Source: Myxococcales bacterium
GTDB lineage: Bacteria > Myxococcota_A > UBA9042 > JABWCM01 > BTVJ01
Assembly (NCBI GenBank): GCA_045863395.1
Contig: BTVJ01000008.1
Location: 64,001-128,000, forward strand
Direction: 5' to 3'
DNA: 64,000 bases
Shown: in pieces, positions 58,249 through 64,000 of the stretch
How positions within the stretch are numbered: the stretch's first letter is position 1
Layout of the letters: every line of letters begins with the position of its first letter
The notes under the pieces: model-generated
The model's database searches: none
The model's input: the letters and a program-made list of their open reading frames with translations, nothing else
What the model was told of the DNA's origin: nothing
Translations under genes and position numbers: made by a program

Positions 58249-59403
58249 ATGGACATGATCGACCGCAGGAAGGCTCTGGAGCTGATCGTCGCGGGAGCCC
58301 TGGCGACGAGCTGCAAGGGCACCGCACCCGCCCAGGAGGCAACCGTCATCGAGCCGAGAGCCCCGCAGGCGCCACCGCCCCCGACCAACCCCGTCGCCGT
58401 GATCGATCCCGTCGTCGCCGTGACGCCCCTCGGGTTCCCCTGGCGCACCCAGGACCCCTTCCTGTTCTGCGTGCACCACGATGATCGCTATCCCGCGGGC
58501 AACGACCGCATGGGGCCAGCGGCCTCCCTCGCGGGGCGCATGATCGGCCGCGACTTCGAGGGCAAGGACGGCTGGCGCATGTACCACGGTGAGACGGTGC
58601 CCGGGTTCCCCGAGCACCCCCACCGCGGCTTCGAGACCGTCACCGTCGTCCGCACGGGCCTGCTGGACCACGCCGACTCGCTGGGCGCCGCCGCGCGCTA
58701 CGGCCGAGGGGACGTGCAGTGGCTGACGGCAGGCGCGGGCATCCAGCACGCAGAGATGTTCCCCCTCCTCGACCAGGCGGGCCCCAACCCCGTGGAGCTG
58801 TTCCAGATCTGGCTCAACCTGCCCGCGGCGCGCAAGATGGCGAGGCCCTACTTCTCCATGCTCTGGGCGGACACCATCCCGCGCCGCGTCACGCCGGAGG
58901 GGGCGGAGGTCGCCGTCGTCGCCGGGCGCCTCGGCGACCTCGTGCCGCCGTCCCCGCCTCCCGAGTCCTGGGCGTCCTCAGCCGAGGCCGACGTGGCCAT
59001 CTGGACGCTCAAGCTGAGGCCGGGAGCGCGCTTCACCCTCCCGGCCGCCAACGCGGGCACCAACCGGAGCCTGTACTTCTTCCGGGGCTCGTCGCTCACG
59101 CTGGCCGGCCGCCCCATCCCCGCGGGCCACCAGGTGGACCTCCTGGGAGCCGTAGAGGTCTCCCTCCTGGCAGGCCCCGACGAGGTGGAGCTGCTCCTCC
59201 TGCAGGGGCGCCCCATCGGCGAGCCGGTGGTCACACACGGTCCCTTCGTGATGAACACTCAAGCGGAGATCCAGCAGGCCTTCGCCGACTACCGTCGCAC
59301 CCGCTTCGGAGGCTGGCCCTGGCCGTCGAGCGACCCGGTCCACCCGCGCGCCGAGGGGCGCTTCGCTCGTCACCCGGATGGCCGCGTCGAGCGACCCGCC
59401 TGA
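58249..59403 (+). CDS. Pirin family protein with twin-arginine/lipoprotein-like leader
   Basis: DPFL, GFPEHPHRGFETVT, QWLTAGAGIQHAE, FQIWLNLP, GPFVMNT. Confidence 0.92.
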   Translation: MDMIDRRKALELIVAGALATSCKGTAPAQEATVIEPRAPQAPPPPTNPVAVIDPVVAVTPLGFPWRTQDPFLFCVHHDDRYPAGNDRMGPAASLAGRMIGRDFEGKDGWRMYHGETVPGFPEHPHRGFETVTVVRTGLLDHADSLGAAARYGRGDVQWLTAGAGIQHAEMFPLLDQAGPNPVELFQIWLNLPAARKMARPYFSMLWADTIPRRVTPEGAEVAVVAGRLGDLVPPSPPPESWASSAEADVAIWTLKLRPGARFTLPAANAGTNRSLYFFRGSSLTLAGRPIPAGHQVDLLGAVEVSLLAGPDEVELLLLQGRPIGEPVVTHGPFVMNTQAEIQQAFADYRRTRFGGWPWPSSDPVHPRAEGRFARHPDGRVERPA

Positions 59404-61098
59404 TCACCGGACGAACCAGCGCATGGTGAACGCCCCCTGATCAGGCGACGCGCACTCCGTATTGTAGTAAAGTTCTGTGTTTACGCCTGACTTCTTCATG
59501 ACCCAGTCGAGCTTCAGACCGGACGTCGAGGTGTTGCAGCAGGCGTGGGCAAAGATGCCGTCGCCCCACAGGCACATGCCGTTGGGGTTGAAGGCGCCGG
59601 TCCAGGGGGGGGTGTACCAGCCCGCGCTCCCGCCCCCGATGCTCGAGCACTGGAGGATGGACGTCGTCCGGGTCAGGAGCACGTAGACCTCCGTGTAGGC
59701 GAAGGGCACCCCGGTCAATGTGTACTGTCGCGGCGTCACCCCGCAGCCGGTCCCATGCCCCGTCCCCACGACGTCCGAGCCGCTCCAGCTCGCGGTCCCC
59801 TTGCTCACGGAGATGCTCGCCAGGTTGGCGTTCAGCTTGGTCCAGCCGCCCCCGTCCGTCGTCATGTCGCACGTGACCTGGAACGGCGCCGCGAAGCCGT
59901 TGCTGGGATCTAGCCAGTAGGTGCCGCTGCCGGTGGAGTAGCCGCTCTGCAGGATGTCCTTGCACGACCGCGCCGGCTGCTTGGGGCTCGCGCCCGTGGG
60001 TGGCAGGTCGGCGACGGGGTGCCAGGACTTGCCGTCACAGACCTCGACGAGCGTGCCGCTCCAGCGCAGGGAGCCCGCCTTTCCAGAGGTGCAGTCCGTC
60101 GCGTCCGGGCCCAACTGTACATAGGTGGCGCTGCGGAGCGCTCCGGCCCTGGCGAGGCCCGCTACGTCCAGTGGTGCAGAAGGGGTCGCGGTGCCGACCC
60201 CTACGCTCCCCGTGACCGTGGCGTTGCCGGTGATGGCGAGATCACCGAAGCTCGACCCGCCCCCGAACTCCACCTTCCTCCACGCACTGTTGGCGGCGCT
60301 CCGCACGCGCAGACCCTCGGTGGCCTGTACCCCGAGCCACCCGGTCCCTTGGTCCACCAGCGCTGCGGTCCCCACTCCCACGGCGCACCCGGAGTAGCCG
60401 GAGGTGCAGGCGTGGAGTCCTCCGCTCACGGTGACGTCCCCGGCCAGCGCGAGGCTCGCGGCAAGGTCACTGCTGCCAACGCACCCCGTGCATGCCAGGT
60501 CTGTAGCGGCTCCACCAGGGGTCGCCGCGCCCGCATAGCTGAACCCTGCCTTCTGCGCGGTGACCGCTCCGTTCTGGAGGTGCGTGGTGCCGATCGCCTC
60601 CGCCGCCAGCTCCGTGGCGCCAACGCAGCCCGTGCAGTCCAGGTCCAGCGCCGCTCCTCCCTTGGAGGACGCCCCCGCGTAGGCGAAGGACACCTGTCCC
60701 GACGCGACACACGACGAGCACGTCAGCGCTCCGGCGCTCGCCGCCACGGTCGCGGTCTTCGCGGACTCGGCAGTGGGCACGCTCCGAAGCGGGCGCCGGG
60801 GCAGCACCTGTCCCCCCACGGTCGCCTCCAGCCACAGGACCGGGTGCTGAGCGAAGAAGCCCTCAGGGATGGACGCCAGGGTCACGTCGTAGACGCCTCC
60901 CACGACGTCCACCGGGGCGCCGGTCTGTGTGAACAGCGCCGAGCCCCCGGTCTCCGCCGCGAAGAGCTTGAAGCCCATGGTGAAGGAGCCGCTCGCGGGG
61001 GAGCCCCCGGCCGTGTGCAGCACGCCCTGGAGCTCCACCTCGACGGCGTAGGCTGGCGTCGCTGCGACCAGACAAAGGATCGCGACACGTGCCCACAT
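59404..61098 (-). CDS. Secreted fibre-like protein with C-terminal fibrinogen-like (CDMxxxGGGW) domain
   Basis: Signal peptide, LxCxxCV repeats, VGVGTATP..LDV motif, ARSCKDI...GTYWLD...CDMTTDGGGWT. Confidence 0.8.
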   Translation of the reverse strand: MWARVAILCLVAATPAYAVEVELQGVLHTAGGSPASGSFTMGFKLFAAETGGSALFTQTGAPVDVVGGVYDVTLASIPEGFFAQHPVLWLEATVGGQVLPRRPLRSVPTAESAKTATVAASAGALTCSSCVASGQVSFAYAGASSKGGAALDLDCTGCVGATELAAEAIGTTHLQNGAVTAQKAGFSYAGAATPGGAATDLACTGCVGSSDLAASLALAGDVTVSGGLHACTSGYSGCAVGVGTAALVDQGTGWLGVQATEGLRVRSAANSAWRKVEFGGGSSFGDLAITGNATVTGSVGVGTATPSAPLDVAGLARAGALRSATYVQLGPDATDCTSGKAGSLRWSGTLVEVCDGKSWHPVADLPPTGASPKQPARSCKDILQSGYSTGSGTYWLDPSNGFAAPFQVTCDMTTDGGGWTKLNANLASISVSKGTASWSGSDVVGTGHGTGCGVTPRQYTLTGVPFAYTEVYVLLTRTTSILQCSSIGGGSAGWYTPPWTGAFNPNGMCLWGDGIFAHACCNTSTSGLKLDWVMKKSGVNTELYYNTECASPDQGAFTMRWFVR

Positions 61099-61235
61099 GC
61101 TGACCTCCCGAGCCGGTGGCGACAACCGTCAGGGTGCCCCGGAGTGGCTCCCTGGATCAAGCTGGGACGGGCAGAGTCGACGGCGCGCTCGGGTGAGGGC
61201 CTCGGGAGGGTGCGGGCGCAGCAGGGATCGAGGCT

Positions 61236-64000
61236 CTAGCAGCCCTCGTCCACCAGCCCGTCGCAGTCGTTGTCGACCGCATCGCCGCAGGTCTCGCCAA
61301 CACCCGGGTTGATGAACGGCTGGTTGTCGTTGCAGTCCGTCAGGTAGTCGCTCCAGGCGTGGTTCTTCCAGCAGGTGCACTTCCACTCCGCCGTGTTGGC
61401 GGTGCCGAAGCCGTCCTGGTCCACGTCCGGCGCCTGGAAGTTGCAGCCCGCCGAGTTCTCGGCGTCCACGACGCCGTCGCAGTTGTCGTCCCACCCATTG
61501 CAGGTCTCGGGGAACGTAGGCGCCACGGCCGACTCGTAGGGCTCGCAGTCCAGCCAGTCGACGGTCCCGTCGTTGTCGTCGTCCGGGTCGCAGGCGTCGC
61601 CCATGGAGTCGCCGTCGAAGTTCGCCTGGTTGGTGTTGGCCACGTACGGGCAGTTGTCCCAGGAGTTCGGGACCTGGTCGCCGTCGATGTCCAGGTCGCA
61701 GGCGTCGCCGATGCCGTCGCCGTCCATGTCCTCCTGGTTCGGGTTCTTGACCAGCGGGCAGCTGTCGTTGGCGTCGTCCACTTCATCGCCGTCCGTGTCC
61801 GGCGTGCAGGCGTCGCCCACGCCGTTCATGTCCGCGTCCTCCTGGCCGGGGTTGGGCACGAGCGGGCAGTTGTCGTCGTCGTTGGGCGTACCGTCGTTGT
61901 CGGCGTCCGGATCGCACGCGTCGCCCACTCCGTCGCCGTCCGTGTCCGTCTGGTCCGCGTTGGGCCAGCTCACGCAGTTGTCGTCCGGATCCTTGACCCC
62001 GTCCTTGTCCGTATCGGGGATGCAGGCGATGACCGGGTCGCCCGCGCAGATGCCGCCCGAGCAGATGGTGTTCTCGGTGCAGACGTCCCCATCATCGCAG
62101 GGCCCCGAGAACGCCACGTTGGTGCAGCCCTGGGTCGGGTGGCAGTAGTCGGCCGTGCACGGATCGCCGTCGTCGCAGTCGCCGATGTCCGTCACGTGCA
62201 GGCAGTTGGCCCACGGGTCGCAGTAGTCCTGGGTGCAGGGGTTGCCGTCATCGCACGTGGTCAGCACGAAGCCGATGCAGAGCCCGTTGATGCACTGATC
62301 GACCATGGTGCAGTTGTTGTAGTCGTTGCAGGGCTTGTTGTTCAGGTGGTAGACGCAGCCCTTGTCGGGCTCGCACGCGTCCGTCGTGCAGGCGTTGCCG
62401 TCGTCACAGTTGATCGGCGTGTGCACGCACAGCCCCTCCTGGGTCTGGCAGTGATCGATCGTGCAGGCGTTGCCGTCGTCGCAGGGCTCGACCCCGTCCA
62501 CGGGGATCCCCATCACGCAGGACCAGCACCCCATGTCGAGCTTGTGGTAGCAGCCGGCCTGGCCGTCGCCGTCCTTGTCGTAGGGGTCGCAGGAGTCCTT
62601 GGTGCACAGTGACAGGTCGTTGGAGGTCGGGTCGTCGTAGCAGTTGACCTCCTGGTAGGCGCACTTGCCGGTGACCGTGTCGCAGAGATCGATGGTGCAG
62701 GCGTTGCCGTCGAAGCACTCCGCGTCCACCGTGCAGGGCTTGACCGTGTAGTTCATGCACCCCAGGTACTTGTGGCACCAGTCCTGGGTGGAGTCGTTGC
62801 CGTCGTCACAGTCCTCCGGCGTATGCACACAGAAGTTGTTGACGCACTTGTCCGTGACACAGGCGGTGCCGCTGTTGCAGTCGTCGTCCGTGTAGCAGCA
62901 GTCGAGCGAGCTGCACTCAGGATACCCCCCACCGATCGGTCCGGGCTGACCGCCCAGGTTGGGGATCACGTGTACGCAGTTGTCGATCTTCTCGCCGAGG
63001 GGGTCGCCGCCCGGGATGATCAGGCCGGCGCCGATGCCCGGGTCACAGTAGTCGTAGGTCATGGGGTCGCCGTCGCCGCACTTCTTCTTGTGGTGCTGGC
63101 AGACGCCGTACTGGCAGATGTCCACGGTGCAGGAGTCGCCGTCCTCGCACTCCTCGTGGCTCGTGCACTTGCAGGGGTAGAGCACCGGCGTGAACGTGCA
63201 GCCGGGGCCGAAGCCGTCCTGGAAGTTCTCGTTGCACGAGTCGAAGGTGCAGGGGTCGCCGTCGTTGCACGGCATGGGCTTGAACTCGCAGTTGCCCGTG
63301 AGTCCGTTGGGCCCGATGTCGATGGAGCAGTGGTCCGTCGTGCAGGAGTCGCCGTCCATGCAGGCGTTGAACACGCAGCCCCCGACCGCCTTGTCGCAGG
63401 TGTCGAACGTGCAGGGGTCGCCGTCGTCGCAGATGGCCGGGATGCCGGTGCAGGCGCCGTCCTGGCAGGAGTCGTTGGCCGTGCAGGCGTCCCCATCGTC
63501 GCACAGTCCATAGTTGGGCTCATGGAAGCACTTGCCGGTCGCCTGGTCGCACCCGTCGTCGGTGCAGGGGTCGCCGTCACCGCAGGCCATGGGCTGACCG
63601 GCCTTGCAGGAGCCCCCGGCGCACGCGTCGTTGACCGTGCACAGGTTGCCGTCGTCGCACGAGGCGTTGTTGGGGGTCGACACGCAGTCGCCGCCCACAC
63701 ACCCGTCAGTGGTGCAGGGGTTGCCGTCGTCGCACCCCTTGGCGGTCCCCACGCAGGCCCCATCAACGCACTGGTCGTCCAGGGTGCAGGAGTCGCCGTC
63801 GTCGCAGTAGCCTCCCTGGGGCTCGTAGACGCAGCCCGACCCGGGCTTGCAGGTGTCCTTGGTGCAGGGGTTGCCGTCGTCGCAGACGAGGCCGCCGCCG
63901 CCCGGCGTGCACACGCCGGCCTGGCAGGTGCCCGCGGGCTGGCAGGCGTTCCCGGGGGCGCATACCCCACCGTCGGGCGCGTTGGCGAGCTTGCACTTGA
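61236..64000 (-). CDS. Large Cys-rich protein with thrombospondin type-3 repeats (N-terminus beyond the window)
   Basis: Frame stays open to the window end; CDDGNPCTxDxC repeats, DNCPxxxNxxQxDxDxDGxGDAC repeats, terminal ETC...DNDCDGLVDEG motifs. Confidence 0.9.
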   Translation of the reverse strand, partial: KCKLANAPDGGVCAPGNACQPAGTCQAGVCTPGGGGLVCDDGNPCTKDTCKPGSGCVYEPQGGYCDDGDSCTLDDQCVDGACVGTAKGCDDGNPCTTDGCVGGDCVSTPNNASCDDGNLCTVNDACAGGSCKAGQPMACGDGDPCTDDGCDQATGKCFHEPNYGLCDDGDACTANDSCQDGACTGIPAICDDGDPCTFDTCDKAVGGCVFNACMDGDSCTTDHCSIDIGPNGLTGNCEFKPMPCNDGDPCTFDSCNENFQDGFGPGCTFTPVLYPCKCTSHEECEDGDSCTVDICQYGVCQHHKKKCGDGDPMTYDYCDPGIGAGLIIPGGDPLGEKIDNCVHVIPNLGGQPGPIGGGYPECSSLDCCYTDDDCNSGTACVTDKCVNNFCVHTPEDCDDGNDSTQDWCHKYLGCMNYTVKPCTVDAECFDGNACTIDLCDTVTGKCAYQEVNCYDDPTSNDLSLCTKDSCDPYDKDGDGQAGCYHKLDMGCWSCVMGIPVDGVEPCDDGNACTIDHCQTQEGLCVHTPINCDDGNACTTDACEPDKGCVYHLNNKPCNDYNNCTMVDQCINGLCIGFVLTTCDDGNPCTQDYCDPWANCLHVTDIGDCDDGDPCTADYCHPTQGCTNVAFSGPCDDGDVCTENTICSGGICAGDPVIACIPDTDKDGVKDPDDNCVSWPNADQTDTDGDGVGDACDPDADNDGTPNDDDNCPLVPNPGQEDADMNGVGDACTPDTDGDEVDDANDSCPLVKNPNQEDMDGDGIGDACDLDIDGDQVPNSWDNCPYVANTNQANFDGDSMGDACDPDDDNDGTVDWLDCEPYESAVAPTFPETCNGWDDNCDGVVDAENSAGCNFQAPDVDQDGFGTANTAEWKCTCWKNHAWSDYLTDCNDNQPFINPGVGETCGDAVDNDCDGLVDEGC

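Noticed and set aside
59404..59900. Diversity-generating retroelement target at the adhesin tip
   Set aside because: No reverse transcriptase and no template-repeat copy found in the window.
57998..64000. tRNA-Ala as integration site of an island
   Set aside because: No integrase and no duplicated tRNA 3' end seen within the window. It cannot be excluded beyond the edge.

Overview
A high-GC bacterial chromosomal segment, most likely Myxococcota. That assignment is inferred from the Cys-rich CDDGNPCTxDxC proteins, MYXO-CTERM-like tails, PEGA/TPR proteins, three Ser/Thr kinases and an MXAN_5187-type C-terminal domain. Housekeeping genes (polA, mutS2, queG, an RNase Z-like hydrolase, a dCMP deaminase, tRNA-Ala(GGC)) sit among many secreted or lipoprotein and signalling genes. 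Highlights: (1) a compact phosphonate-type cluster with a non-canonical PEP mutase loop (EDNVFPKRCS) fused to a nucleotidyltransferase, plus a split ThDP decarboxylase and a second cytidylyltransferase; (2) full-length proteins that lack their catalytic motifs, namely a P1B-ATPase without DKTGT/CPC/CxxC, an FmdE-like/MobB fusion, and an FHA-AAA+ activator whose GAFTGA loop is replaced by DYPNPG; (3) a kinase-deaminase fusion; (4) a candidate structured RNA leader near 29.05 kb; (5) a near-complete sigma54 promoter upstream of an internally duplicated Ala-rich lipoprotein; (6) a fibre-like adhesin. No CRISPR array, integrase or transposase was seen. All calls come from reading motifs by eye; no database searches were run.
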